A stretch of 64,000 bases of DNA from Candidatus Latescibacterota bacterium (lineage in GTDB: Bacteria; Latescibacterota; CBDEFO01): positions 3,744,001 through 3,808,000 of the forward strand of contig OZ252149.1 in NCBI GenBank assembly GCA_965248755.1. Direction: 5' to 3'. Below, piece by piece: positions 63,655-64,000 of the stretch. Both the position numbers and the translations under genes were made by a program. The notes below the pieces were generated by a model. That model ran no database searches. It was not told the origin of the DNA and saw nothing but the letters and a program-made list of their open reading frames with translations. The first letter of the stretch is position 1; each line of letters begins with the position of its first letter.

Positions 63655-64000
63655 TTGAAAACTGTTCTCGTAACTGGCGGCGCGGGGTTTATTGGCAGCA
63701 ATTTCATAAGGCATGTTCTGGGGAAATATGAAGATTACAGGGTGTTGAATCTGGACAAGCTGACGTATGCGGGGAACCTTGAGAATCTGGAAGATATTGA
63801 GGACGATCCGCGCTATGAGTTCCATCTTGGAGATATTTGCGATCACAAAGTTGTGGACAGTCTGGTGGAAAGGTGCGACTTGGTGGTAAATTTTGCGGCG
63901 GAAAGTCACGTGGATCGCAGTATTGCAAGTCCGGGGGACTTTGTTCTGACGGATGTGTACGGGCCTTATACTCTTTTGGAGGCTGTGAGGAAGTATGATA
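63655..64000 (+). CDS. rfbB: dTDP-glucose 4,6-dehydratase (5' part, runs off the window)
   Basis: TTG start after GGAGGA; KTVLVTGGAGFIGSNF...LDKLTYAGNLENL...NFAAESHVDRS. Confidence 0.93.
   Translation, partial: MKTVLVTGGAGFIGSNFIRHVLGKYEDYRVLNLDKLTYAGNLENLEDIEDDPRYEFHLGDICDHKVVDSLVERCDLVVNFAAESHVDRSIASPGDFVLTDVYGPYTLLEAVRKYD

Overview
Bacterial chromosomal segment of about 50% GC. The C-terminal LSQNYPNPFNP/FlgD-Ig sorting domains suggest an FCB-group lineage such as Latescibacterota (inference). The window is dominated by large secreted, acidic, modular surface proteins built from cohesin-like, dockerin-like, Ig/ASH, NHL, CHRD, FG-GAP, IPT/TIG and FN3 modules. These genes are interleaved with surface-glycan genes (O-antigen-ligase-TPR, three GT4s, wzi-like, ugd, rfbB) and housekeeping genes (tsaD, YbbR-like, nfi, a macrodomain gene, a nitrilase-family gene). 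Four apparently identical 1626-bp IS1380-family elements are present. Three carry different passenger DNA beyond their right end (about 2.8 kb, 98 bp and 979 bp, the last including a tRNA-Leu), and the whole IS-plus-passenger unit is bounded by a 5-bp target duplication. Removing each unit restores a surface-protein reading frame exactly. Other notable signals are a shared TTGACA-N17-TATCTT promoter with a TGTGA-N6-TCACA operator in front of three surface-protein loci, a dispersed 21-nt palindrome that also sits in frame inside genes, and a high density of D-(S/T)-hydrophobic putative O-glycosylation sequons. All domain calls come from motif recognition by eye, not from HMM searches.
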